This document shows positions 47,164 through 57,400 of a stretch of DNA of 64,000 nt, one piece after another. This stretch comes from Zestosphaera sp. (lineage in GTDB: Archaea; Thermoproteota; Thermoprotei_A; Sulfolobales; NBVN01): assembly GCA_038843015.1 (NCBI GenBank), contig JAWBSH010000003.1, positions 133,343 through 197,342 of the forward strand, given 5' to 3'. The number at the start of each line of letters is the position of its first letter. Position 1 is the first letter of the stretch. The position numbers and the translations under genes are program-made. A model generated the notes under the pieces. It had not been told where the DNA came from and did no database searches. It worked only from the letters and a program-made list of their open reading frames with translations.

Positions 47164-47559
47164 GTGCATGAGTGGGCATTGGCTGAGGGCATTGCTAGGT
47201 ACTTAAGTAGTGTTGTAGGTGTCAAGAGACTTAAGAGTGTTAGGATTGGGTTGGGTGAATTACAGTCTGTTGATGAGGAGATTTTAAGATTTGCGTTAAC
47301 GGAGCTTATGAAAGCTGAAGGTTACGAACTTAGTGAGGATTCTGTAGTTTTTGTTAAGAGGGCTGCTAGGTTTCAGTGCAGGAGGTGCGGGTATTCTTGG
47401 AGTCTCAACAACGTGAGTTTAGGTGATGATGAGAAAGAAGCTATTCACTTCATACCTGAGGTGATACACGCTTATCTTTCATGTCCTAAGTGTGGCTCAA
47501 GAGATTTTGAGGTGGTTGAGGGAAGAGGCGTTGAGGTCCTTGAGGTGATTACTGAATGA
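47164..47559 (+). CDS. hypA: hydrogenase nickel-insertion protein HypA
   Basis: MHEWALAE N-terminus and the zinc site CRRCG...CPKCG. Length is 131 aa with a GTG start. Confidence 0.9.
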   Translation: MHEWALAEGIARYLSSVVGVKRLKSVRIGLGELQSVDEEILRFALTELMKAEGYELSEDSVVFVKRAARFQCRRCGYSWSLNNVSLGDDEKEAIHFIPEVIHAYLSCPKCGSRDFEVVEGRGVEVLEVITE

Positions 47560-48311
47560 ATGCGTTGAGGCACCTTATTGATGACCCGAGGAAAATCCTC
47601 GTTGAAGAGAGACTTAAGAATGTCAGTAATGTTGTTCCTGTGATGAGTCCTAAGGGCGGTGTAGGTAAGACTGTGATCTCAGCTCTCATAGCGCTGGCTA
47701 TGGCTGAGAGCAACTACAGTGTAGGGTTACTGGACCTAGACGTAACTAACCCTTCAATTCACGTAGTTCTAAATCTGGGACTAGATGAGAAGCCACTAGA
47801 GAATAAAGGGGTAATACCTCCTGAAACTCAGGGGGTTAGAGTCATGAGCGTCGCGTACTATACTGAGGGGAGGCCACTGCCGTTAAGAGGCTCTGAAGTA
47901 ACTGAAGTTGTTAGGGAGGTTCTAGCAATAACTATCTGGGGTAATCTAGACTACCTCATAATAGACACACCGCCTGGTATGAGCGACGTACATATGGAGA
48001 TAATCAACAATATAAGGAAAGCAAAACCGTTAGTAGTGACTACACCCCACGTGCTTTCAGTAAGTCCTGTGAAATCTCTCTTAAAAATGCTTAAAGAGGT
48101 AGGGTCCCCCATAATAGGGCTAGTAGAAAATATGAGTGAGAACCCCACAGACCTCGTAATGAGTTTATGTAGAGAGTTTAGAGTCAAGTATTTAGGTAAC
48201 GTACCGCTAGATTCTCTACTGGCATTCAGCGTGGGAAACGCTTCAATCATAAAGAAGACGAAAGCTTATAGTAAGGTAGCTGAGATAATCAAGTATTTAA
48301 GACCTAATTAA
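47556..48311 (+). CDS. Mrp/MinD-family P-loop ATPase, likely the archaeal HypB-substitute partner of HypA
   Basis: Deviant Walker A SPKGGVGKT and the IIDTPPG motif. Overlaps the hypA stop by 4 nt. Thermococcales are known to use an Mrp/MinD-type ATPase in place of HypB. Confidence 0.7.
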   Translation: MNALRHLIDDPRKILVEERLKNVSNVVPVMSPKGGVGKTVISALIALAMAESNYSVGLLDLDVTNPSIHVVLNLGLDEKPLENKGVIPPETQGVRVMSVAYYTEGRPLPLRGSEVTEVVREVLAITIWGNLDYLIIDTPPGMSDVHMEIINNIRKAKPLVVTTPHVLSVSPVKSLLKMLKEVGSPIIGLVENMSENPTDLVMSLCREFRVKYLGNVPLDSLLAFSVGNASIIKKTKAYSKVAEIIKYLRPN

Positions 48312-48319
48312 GCATCACT

Positions 48320-49249
48320 TCACTCTCTGTAGTATGGCTTGCCCAGAGACGCTGGAGGTCTTGCCCCCCTAGATATAGCTAGTAGCGAAAGCAAGACTGC
48401 TAGATACGGCAACATGATCATGAAGTATGTCATCTCAGGCCTACCAATCTTTATGAAGATGTCTTGTAGGCTTATGCCTACAGACCACGTAACACCGAAT
48501 ATTAGACTTCCTACTAAACTGCGTGAGGGGTTCCACTTCCCGAAGTACGCTAAGCCTATAGCGATGAACCCCATGCCGTACGTCAGATTCTCGTAGAAGA
48601 GACCAGTTATTTCTAAGCATAGGATAGCTCCTGCCAAGCCCGCTAGAGCAGAGCCTAGCGCTAACGAGAATAACCTATATAAGGTGACGTTAATGCCCGC
48701 CGCATCACAGGCTCGCGGATTCTCGCCGAGAGCTCTAACCCATAATCCAACCCTAGTATAGTAAAGGATGAAGTGCATTATTCCAGTAAGTATAAACATT
48801 AGGTACACACCTGGATACTGGTTAAAGAGAGCCCCACCAATCAAGGGGATTTCAGAGAGGAGAGGTATTCTTAGAGTAGAAGTCTTTGGTATGAAGACTA
48901 TCTTATCAGCGTATAGTGCCCTGTAGAGGAAGTCGGAAAGACCAAAGCCTAGGAAGTATAATCCCATGCCTGCTACTACTTGATTAAATCTTAGAATCAC
49001 GGTAAAGAACCCTAGTAGGAGTCCTAGCATGATTCCCGTTGCTATGCCTAGCAGGTACCCTACGAAGATATTGCCTGTTAAGAATACTGCGTGAAAACTT
49101 ACAAAGGCTGACATAAGCATTATGCCGTCAATACCCAAATTTATTAAACCTGATCTTTCACTAAATACCTCGCCTAAGCTAGAGATGGCTACAGGAGCTG
49201 ACATAGCTAAGCCTAGACCTATTATAGATTGAACTAATTCTAGACTCAT
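48320..49249 (-). CDS. ABC transporter permease (BMP/nucleoside-type, YufQ-like)
   Basis: Polytopic BPD_transp_2-like protein in an operon with the ATPase and the BMP binding protein. Confidence 0.75.
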   Translation of the reverse strand: MSLELVQSIIGLGLAMSAPVAISSLGEVFSERSGLINLGIDGIMLMSAFVSFHAVFLTGNIFVGYLLGIATGIMLGLLLGFFTVILRFNQVVAGMGLYFLGFGLSDFLYRALYADKIVFIPKTSTLRIPLLSEIPLIGGALFNQYPGVYLMFILTGIMHFILYYTRVGLWVRALGENPRACDAAGINVTLYRLFSLALGSALAGLAGAILCLEITGLFYENLTYGMGFIAIGLAYFGKWNPSRSLVGSLIFGVTWSVGISLQDIFIKIGRPEMTYFMIMLPYLAVLLSLLAISRGARPPASLGKPYYRE

Positions 49250-50322
49250 GACTCCTCCCTCTTAACAACTAATTTTACTTCGTAAAGTATCAATATAGTG
49301 AACAGCATGAAGAATATGTAGATTAATCCCTCAACTGCTTTAGAGAACGTGTATGTTAAGCCTGTAGCTGATTGTAAATAGACGGTCCCGTTATATATCA
49401 TTCCGAAGATTAGCGAAGAACCTATTATTCCTACTGGATTGTTTCTTCCAAGCAATGAGGCGATTATTGAGGTATAGCCTAAGCCGACGGCTATGCCTTC
49501 ATACAAGAAGTGGAAAACTCCGAGAATTTCTATCCCTCCTGCTAAGCCTGCTAACGCACCACTATATGCTAGGCTGAAGACTATGAGTTTCTTAACTGGC
49601 AAGCCAGAGTACTTGGCTGCGTTGGGGTTACTCCCTAACACTCTCACCATGAAACCTGTTTTGGTCTTGAAGAGAATGTAGTGTGTTAAGAGAGCTATCA
49701 CTAGAGCGAGAATAAAGCCTGCGTGAAGTCTTGTTCCCGGTAATATTATGGGTAGCTTAACACCTACGGGTGGTGACATAGGCCACATCTGAGAGAGGGG
49801 ATTCTTTAACGGACCTCTCAATAACCACTGCATAATTTTTAATGCTAGCCAATTCATGATCACCGTGACCACAATTTCGTTAATCTCGAAGTACGCTTTC
49901 ATAAAACCTGCAACAGAGGCCCAGAGAGCTCCTGCGGTTGCTCCCGCAATTACGCTAATTATTAGAACTACCACGGGGTTTATGCCGACACTCTGCAGGT
50001 AGAGTGCGGTGGCAGTTGTTGCTATGGCACCCATTAAATACTGACCCTCTGCACCAACGTTTAGAACTCCTGACCTATTAGAGAACGCTATGCCGACAGC
50101 CATTAAGAGGAAAGGCGTGGTTCTTAAGAGAGTGTCGGTTACTTGCACATATCCTCCTAGAGAGCCGCTAAGAAATGATGCGTAACCAACTAACGGGTCA
50201 ACGTTCGCCCATATCATTAATAACGAACCAGCTAAGAACGCTACTCCTACAGCGAGTAAAGGCAGTATCAGTATGTGTGCTAAGCTAACTTCCCGTTCTC
50301 TAAATACTAAAGTCACGCCCAA
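49246..50322 (-). CDS. ABC transporter permease (BMP/nucleoside-type, YufP-like)
   Basis: Polytopic protein with 4-nt overlaps to both neighbouring genes. Confidence 0.75.
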   Translation of the reverse strand: MGVTLVFREREVSLAHILILPLLAVGVAFLAGSLLMIWANVDPLVGYASFLSGSLGGYVQVTDTLLRTTPFLLMAVGIAFSNRSGVLNVGAEGQYLMGAIATTATALYLQSVGINPVVVLIISVIAGATAGALWASVAGFMKAYFEINEIVVTVIMNWLALKIMQWLLRGPLKNPLSQMWPMSPPVGVKLPIILPGTRLHAGFILALVIALLTHYILFKTKTGFMVRVLGSNPNAAKYSGLPVKKLIVFSLAYSGALAGLAGGIEILGVFHFLYEGIAVGLGYTSIIASLLGRNNPVGIIGSSLIFGMIYNGTVYLQSATGLTYTFSKAVEGLIYIFFMLFTILILYEVKLVVKREES

Positions 50323-51893
50323 TATAAATCAATCCTCTCCCTAAGCATTTTCTTATATCCAGACATCATTAACCCGATGTCGTCTATGTCGAGCTCGCCG
50401 GGTTTAAATGCTCCGACTATCTCGCCATTGTACATTATGGCGATCTTATCACTTAATGACAATAGTTCTGAAAGATCGCTAGATATTAACAATATGCTAC
50501 AGTTGTTGTTCTTTAATTCAATAAGCTTCTCTCTAATGAATTCTGTGGCAGCGATATCGAGCCCGGCTGTAGGCTCTTCAGCTATGAGAAGCTTGGGTTT
50601 CCTGTCAATCTCCCTGCCAACAATTACTCTCTGAATATTTCCGCCCGAGAGATTCCTAACCAACGTTTTATGAGAGGGCGTGACTACGCTGTACCTACTT
50701 ATCAAGTCTGTGGCGAATTTCTCTATAACTTTGATATTCATGGGTCTTAAGCTCGGGGGCACTACCGGGAGACTATTAATGATTTGGTTTTCCGCGATTC
50801 TAGTCAGTATTGCGTTCTCGTAGAGTGGTAAATCTCCCACCACACCGTACTTCAGTCTCTCTGCTGGAATATAGGAAATTCCTAACTGGATCCTGTCGAG
50901 AACGCTACTCTTAGTTATGTCACGTCCTAAGAAGAATATCTTTCCTCGTGTTGGTTTCCTTAACCCGTAAATGGTTTCAGCTAGTTCTTTCTGACCATTA
51001 CCTGAGACTCCTGCAATACCTAAGATTTCACCACTCTTGATTTTCATGCTGACCCCCCTTAGAGCTAGGTTGCCTCTATCTCCTAAGGCTTCTAGCCCTT
51101 GAATTTCTAGAATAACCTCACCTACCTGCGCTTTAGGTGTTGCTTTAACTTCTAGAAGTACTTCTCTGCCTACCATCAATTCAGCTAAGAGTCTAGGTTC
51201 AGCTTCATTTCTGAGTAACTCTCCCACGACTTTACCACGTCTTAAAACTACGATCCTATCTGCTATCTGAAGAACTTCCTCAAGTTTGTGTGATATAAAT
51301 ATTATTGATAAGCCATTCTGTTTCAGTTTTCGTATGGCTTTAAAGAGTTCCTTAGTGTCTTGAGGGGTGAGGACTGAAGTAGGCTCGTCAAGTATTAAGA
51401 TTCTTGGGTTTCTGAAAAGAGCTTTTAATATCTCAACCTTCTGTTTTTCTCCTGCGGAGAGCTGCCACACCTTAACGTTAGGGTTAATCTTTAAACCTAA
51501 CTTACCAGCGAATTCCTCTATCTCTCGCGTTATTTTCTTCATGTCGATAAAGAAACCAAATTCTTTCAAGCCTAAAATTATGTTTTCTGAAATTGTTAAA
51601 TCTTCTACAAGCGTGAAGTGCTGGTGGACCATACCAATACCATTCCTAATAGCGTCGATCGGTGAGTGATGAGAAACTTTCTTGCCCTCTATGTAGATTT
51701 CTCCTTCATCTGGACGTAATAAACCGTAAAGCACGTTCATAAGCGTAGTTTTGCCTGCGCCGTTTTCGCCAAGAATCGCTAACACTTCACTTCTATTGAG
51801 AGTTAAGTCAACGTGATCGACTGCCACTACTCCCGGGAATTTCTTGACTATGTTCTTCATCCTTAGTATGGGTTCCTGAATCACTACATGCAC
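50313..51893 (-). CDS. ABC transporter ATP-binding protein, duplicated cassette (sugar/nucleoside type)
   Basis: GENGAGKTT, LSAGEKQK and LILDEPTSVL in the first cassette. LSGGNIQR and LIAEEPTAGLD in the degenerate second cassette. Confidence 0.85.
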   Translation of the reverse strand: MHVVIQEPILRMKNIVKKFPGVVAVDHVDLTLNRSEVLAILGENGAGKTTLMNVLYGLLRPDEGEIYIEGKKVSHHSPIDAIRNGIGMVHQHFTLVEDLTISENIILGLKEFGFFIDMKKITREIEEFAGKLGLKINPNVKVWQLSAGEKQKVEILKALFRNPRILILDEPTSVLTPQDTKELFKAIRKLKQNGLSIIFISHKLEEVLQIADRIVVLRRGKVVGELLRNEAEPRLLAELMVGREVLLEVKATPKAQVGEVILEIQGLEALGDRGNLALRGVSMKIKSGEILGIAGVSGNGQKELAETIYGLRKPTRGKIFFLGRDITKSSVLDRIQLGISYIPAERLKYGVVGDLPLYENAILTRIAENQIINSLPVVPPSLRPMNIKVIEKFATDLISRYSVVTPSHKTLVRNLSGGNIQRVIVGREIDRKPKLLIAEEPTAGLDIAATEFIREKLIELKNNNCSILLISSDLSELLSLSDKIAIMYNGEIVGAFKPGELDIDDIGLMMSGYKKMLRERIDLYWA

Positions 51894-51961
51894 CTCCAGT
51901 TCTATGGAGAAAATATTTTGAGAGAAAAAGAAGTTTAGTCTTTAATTAAAGTTGTTTGAGC

Positions 51962-52984
51962 TTAAGGAGTAAAACCTGTTGATATTTGCCCGCTAATTAT
52001 CTTATTAATTATTTCCTGCGCGCTTGACCAGATCTCGGAAGGTAAGGCGCCTCCAGACGCTAGCTTTAGACCGCCATTTTCTAAGCTTAGCCAGTATTCC
52101 TGGCCGCCGGCTGTTTTAAGTTTGCCGCTCAGGTAGTCTTGATAGAATTGCTCGAATATGACACTCCAATCCCAGATCTCAGCTAGTAAGAGGCCTTCTG
52201 GGTATATCTCTGGATGATAGGTGCCGCTCATCATAACGTAGACTCCTGCGTCTTTAGCGCCTGAAATCCCGCCTAGCTGACATCCATCACCCATAGTCTT
52301 AACCACATCAACTCTGTACTGCTCAACTAAAGCAGTTGTTGCTAGTTTCGCTTTAGGTACGTCGTGGAAGTCTCCTGTATAAACCACGTGAAGTACTTGG
52401 TCAGGATTCAAACCCACATACTCAAGACCCTTCCTAAGACCGATCTCGCACCTAGAGAGTTCTGCTACCGCCATGCCGGCAACATAGCCTATATGGCCTG
52501 TTTTAGTGACTTTGCTAGCTATATAGGCGGCTACGAAACACGACTGATCTGTTCTCACATCACCCACGCTAACTTTCGGGCCCTTATATTGAGGAGCTCC
52601 AGCAATAGCTAAGAAGTAAACTTCTCGTGTTACCTCTCCGGCAATCTTAGCCATGGGTTCCCCAAATTGGAAACCTACACCTATTATCAGGTTAAATCCT
52701 TGCTCCACGTAACTCCTTATGGTTGATTCAATCTGAGCCGGATCATACACTCCCTGGACCCACGCAATATCTACTTCTGGGTGCCGACCGCGGAAAGCCT
52801 CCATCGCTCTATAGCCTGCTTCATTCCACGCAGTGTCAGTGACGCTGCCGGGGAATATGAAAGCTATCTTAACTCTCTCTGTAATTGGGGGACGTGTTAA
52901 CGTGGCGACGTAGTAACCAGTTAAACCAGCTACAATAGCTATTATGACTACTACGGCTATGACGAATGTTTTTGAAAGAGCCAA
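51962..52984 (-). CDS. BMP-family (PnrA-like) substrate-binding protein, membrane-anchored
   Basis: N-terminal TM anchor followed by a periplasmic-binding fold. The segments IAFIFPGSVTDTAWNEAGY and GYVAG are typical of basic membrane protein/nucleoside binders. Confidence 0.75.
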   Translation of the reverse strand: MALSKTFVIAVVVIIAIVAGLTGYYVATLTRPPITERVKIAFIFPGSVTDTAWNEAGYRAMEAFRGRHPEVDIAWVQGVYDPAQIESTIRSYVEQGFNLIIGVGFQFGEPMAKIAGEVTREVYFLAIAGAPQYKGPKVSVGDVRTDQSCFVAAYIASKVTKTGHIGYVAGMAVAELSRCEIGLRKGLEYVGLNPDQVLHVVYTGDFHDVPKAKLATTALVEQYRVDVVKTMGDGCQLGGISGAKDAGVYVMMSGTYHPEIYPEGLLLAEIWDWSVIFEQFYQDYLSGKLKTAGGQEYWLSLENGGLKLASGGALPSEIWSSAQEIINKIISGQISTGFTP

Positions 52985-53195
52985 CTATGTCACCCCTGCT
53001 TGTAAGTTCTTTTTGAGACTTAAAAATATTTGTATACATATATGATGTTAGTGTTCTTGAAATGTCTTAAACACGTGATAATGAATTCTGATAGTAATTC
53101 ATGTAACTAAACTTAAAATTAGAGATTTTTTAATTTGGTCAGCATGGCTTGACTATTGATTAAGGTAAGGTTCTCTGGTCTTACTGGGAGGTTCG

Positions 53196-53714
53196 TTATC
53201 TTAGGCCTAATTTCTTTCTGCAAGATTCTGTTATTGTCATTAAGTAACTTATTAACTGTAATTTTTCTGATGCTAGTGCTTTAATTAAGTTGGCGTGCTT
53301 CTCTAAGTCTTCTTTAGTGAGTAAGTTGATGCTAGTTGTGTGGCTCCTAAATTTAATCTCTAGCGTCTTGTCTCTTAAAGTAATGCTTAAGTGTTTGTTA
53401 CTTACTGATACCTCGCCTTCCTTGCTGTTGTATGAGACTGTTGCAAGAGGTGATCTATGAATTACTGAAGTTGTTTGGTCGCTACTAACGTAGGTTAGGC
53501 CTTCACACAACTTAAGTATTGCCGGTCTTGAGCTTTCTAAGTTTGCCTCAATCGTGGAGAGTGTGGTCACTAGTGACTTTATCTTAGTGAGTACTTCGCT
53601 TACTATAGTTACGCTAATAAGTCCTACTCTACTAAACTCAGAGAATTCTCTAGTCCTCATATCTTCGTAAGCTCTCAGAGCTTCATCAACTACTTCTAAA
53701 GCATTCTTGAACAT
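53196..53714 (-). CDS. hypothetical protein
   Basis: 172 aa ORF with no recognisable motif. The N-terminal part is helical and the centre is beta-rich. Confidence 0.4.
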   Translation of the reverse strand: MFKNALEVVDEALRAYEDMRTREFSEFSRVGLISVTIVSEVLTKIKSLVTTLSTIEANLESSRPAILKLCEGLTYVSSDQTTSVIHRSPLATVSYNSKEGEVSVSNKHLSITLRDKTLEIKFRSHTTSINLLTKEDLEKHANLIKALASEKLQLISYLMTITESCRKKLGLR

Positions 53715-53822
53715 TCTTTAGCACCACTAAAACTTTCAGGCAGGTTTTTAAAGCTTTAAACTGACGTCTAAGTTGATCTGAGGAGGTTCTGGCATGAAGT
53801 GTTGTGAGATAGTTTAGATTAA

Positions 53823-54101
53823 TTATCGTATCAGGAGTAGTCGTGTATTCTTAATTGGGAGAGACCTAGACTTATTAGTAGTTTTTAATTTCTCGCTACT
53901 TACGTTGATGTTATACGTAGATTTTTTGAGGACTTCGTCTATGTACTCTCTTACAGCTTCTCTTATGAAGTCACTCTTAGTTGAGTAGCCTAAGTCTCTG
54001 TAAGCTCTCTCAAGCAAGTCGTTGATTCCTGCGGGAACTCTTAACGTGAGGGTTTTAGTCCTCTTAACGTCAAGTTCCATAACGAACATTAGTATCACCA
54101 C
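53823..54101 (-). CDS. ribbon-helix-helix (CopG family) protein
   Basis: LTLRVPAGINDLLERAYRDLGYSTKSDFIREAVREYI fits the RHH pattern. Confidence 0.6.
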   Translation of the reverse strand: MVILMFVMELDVKRTKTLTLRVPAGINDLLERAYRDLGYSTKSDFIREAVREYIDEVLKKSTYNINVSSEKLKTTNKSRSLPIKNTRLLLIR

Positions 54102-54461
54102 TATATTATTTACATAGCTTCATAAAAAAGACGGCGACTAGACCTTTTTAAGGTCTAAAGAATATTAGTCATTAGGCATTGAATAATACCTAAGCATTTT
54201 TTCATTATTTGTGAGGCCTGTATTATTAGGGCTAATGAGTATTACTTTTTACGACTTTACGTAGGAATAAAAAAGTTATAATTTCTGGTCTCCCCACCCC
54301 GAATACGTAGTTTAGTAGAGGGTCGGGTAAGGGATCTTGAGTGTGGCTTGCTCGACTTAGTTGTATTGAGAGAGCCTAGCTAGATCGCCGCGAGCGCTTA
54401 GATTTTTAAGCCTCCATACATCTTAGTAGTATTTTAGGATGGGTAGCAAAGGTACAGAGAC

Positions 54462-57400
54462 ATGACTATAGAAGCCGTGTTCAGGGGTTTGTGCCCTAAC
54501 TGTGGTGGTGATGTAGAGTCGAATAGGTTGGCTAAGGGTTTACCTTGCTCGAGTTGTTTGTCTTCTAAGAGAGAATTAGAGCTAATGAGAGACGGGTATC
54601 TCCGCAAGCTTAAAATAATTGAAGAGAAGGTTAAGGAAGTAGATGAGGTGTTTCTTAAAGTAGTTAATTCTAGGATGTGGGGTCTTCAGAGACTCTGGGC
54701 ACGCAGGTTCTTTAACAACGAGAGCTTTGCTATGATAGCGCCTACTGGTAGCGGCAAGACTACGATGCAGATTATGCTGGCCTTATACGCGGCTCGAGAA
54801 GGTAGGAGATCCTTAATATTAGTTCCTACGAGCCTGCTAGCTAGTCAAGTACATAGCAAGACTCTCAGTATTCGCGATAAGTTAGGGTTGAGTGATGTTA
54901 GGGTGGTAGCTTATCACAGCTTAATGACTGAGAAGAATAAGAAAGAAGCTATTATGGAAGTCAGTGAGGCTTCTATAATAATAACGACCCCAGCTTCGCT
55001 GATGAAGAAGCCTGAGTTAAGGCAGCCGGTAAGCATTGCCTTCATAGATGACGTGGATAGCTTCCTCAGGAGGAGTAAGAGTGTTGAGATCGTTTTGAGG
55101 ATGTTAGGTGTGGCAGGCGAGGACGAGGAACTAGCTAACAAGGTACAAGAACTTGAGAGTAAGGCTAGGAAGTTAGCTCTAGAAAATCCTGAGGAGGCTA
55201 GGCGAGTACTTGATGAGGCACACAAGCTGAGGACTTCTCTACAGGAGAGAATTAAGGGAATTATAGTAGTTAGTGGTGCCACACAGACAGCTCGAAGAAC
55301 TAAGAGGATAAAAATGCTTAACACTCTCTACGGGTTCACAGTAGGGGGTAAAACAGAAATAGGGAGAAACATTACTGACTTCTATGTTAGACCGCGTAAC
55401 GAGACTATCGAGGAATTGGTTGCCGAGATTATTAAGAAGGCTGGCGGCGGAGGCCTCATTTACGTACCCATGGATAAAGGAGCTGAGTACGTAAAGAGGT
55501 TAACAGACTTTCTTAAGGGAAGAGGTTTTAGAGTTGAGGCTTACTTAGGTTCTAGAAAGAGAGTGTTTAATAAGTTTGTTGAGGGAGAATTAGATGCTTT
55601 AGTAGGTATTGCATCGTATAGGAGTCCCCTAACTAGAGGTATTGACCTGCCTGAAAGAGTAAGGTATGCTGTGTTCGCGGGAGTTCCTAAGTTTAGGTTA
55701 AGGATAAGTGTAGAGGATTTCCAGCCGAGCAGGTGGTTGATACTACTTAATGAGATTAGAGACGCTGTGTACAGTAAGTATCCGGAAGAATTCGATAAGA
55801 TTCTGGGAGGCTTAATCAAGATCAGAACAGCTAGTAGAGAGACTCTAGAACTAGTGCGTGAGGCTCTGAAAAATGGTAGAGAACTTAGTGATTATCAGGA
55901 GTTCGTGAGGAGAGTTGCTGAAGAGTCGTTGCGGTTCATGAATAAAGTGTTGAAAGACCCTGAAGTAATCAATAAACTTAAAGAGAGTAAGACTATAACG
56001 TTTGGTGGTAGAGAAGGAGAGTATTTCTTTGTAATACCTGACGCAATATCCTATATCCAGGCGAGCGGGAGGACTTCAAGGCTGTACGTTGGGGGACTCA
56101 CGAAGGGTTTAAGCGTTTTAGTAGTTGATGAGGAGAAGGCCTTCAACGCGTTATTAAGAGATCTCAAGTGGTTGTTAGAGACTGTAGAGTTTGTAGAGTA
56201 TGATGAGAAGCTTGTTAGCAGGGTTTTGAAGGAGGTAGATAGAGATAGAGTTAGAGTGAGGCAGGCTCTTGAGGGAAAGTTGAGGGTTAGGGGGAGGGAA
56301 CTCATGAAGACTACCTTATTTGTTGTTGAATCGCCTAATAAGGCTAGAACCATAGCTAGGCTCTTCGGAAGACCTACTAAGAGAGTGATTAGTGGGTTAC
56401 AGACATACGAAGTACTTACTGAGAACAGGTTAATGATAATCACTGCTACTGGAGGTCATATTCTAGACTTAGTTACTGATGAAGGACGCTTCGGAGTATT
56501 GGTGAAGGGTTCTTTATTCAGACCAATCTACAAGCCTATAAGAAGGTGTGTTAAGTGTGGGAGGGACGTGCCTGAAGATGAAGTGAAGTGCCCATCATGT
56601 GGTAGTGAGGTATTCGTCGAGAGTAAGCCTGTCATAGAAGTTCTTAGGAAGCTAGCCTCTCAGGTAGACGAGATTTTAGTTGGTACAGACCCTGACGCCG
56701 AGGGCGAGAAGATAGCCTGGGACATAACCTTACTGCTTAAGCCCCTAAACAACAATATCTACAGAGTTAAGTTTCACGAAGTCACTCGCAGGGGTTTGAC
56801 TGAAGCACTTAATAACTTGACTTCAGTTAGTGAGTCTATGGTTCATGCTCAGATAGTCAGGAGAATTGAGGATAGATGGATTGGTTTTAGCTTAAGTCCT
56901 GTACTGTGGAGGAAATTTAACCTTAACTTCCTATCTGCTGGGAGAGTGCAGACTCCTGTTCTCGGCTGGATTGTTGATCGCACGAACAAACACAAGATAA
57001 AGGCTGAATTAGTGACTTTAAAGCTTGAGGGAGTTGATGCTCCCCTAATTTTTAAGGCTCCTAAAGGGTTCGCTGACGCTGTTAGGAAGGCTGGCAAGGT
57101 TATTTTGACAGATGTTCGGAGAAGTCTTCAGGAGATTTACCCGCCGCCTCCTTATACCACAGACACCATGCTTTCTGAAGCTACTAGAGTCTTGAAAGTC
57201 TCTGCTAGTAAGGTCATGGAGTCTGCTCAGAGGCTTTTTGAAGCCGGACTCATAACTTACCATAGGACAGACAGCACTACTGTTAGTTCTCTAGGTGTTT
57301 CTATAGCTAAAGACTACATACAGAGAGTCTTCGGAGAAGAGTTCTTTCAGGGGAGGAAATGGGAGAGGGAAGGCGCTCACGAGTGTATAAGGCCTACGAG

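Noticed and set aside
54914-55324. Numerous 60-160-aa ORFs antisense to, or out of frame within, large genes. Examples are 54914-55324, 56051-56443, 44714-45196, 23452-23856, 27018-27338 and 7723-8061.
   Set aside because: Each is fully nested in a gene with strong family motifs on the other strand or frame. They are Ser/Leu/Thr-rich shadow translations.
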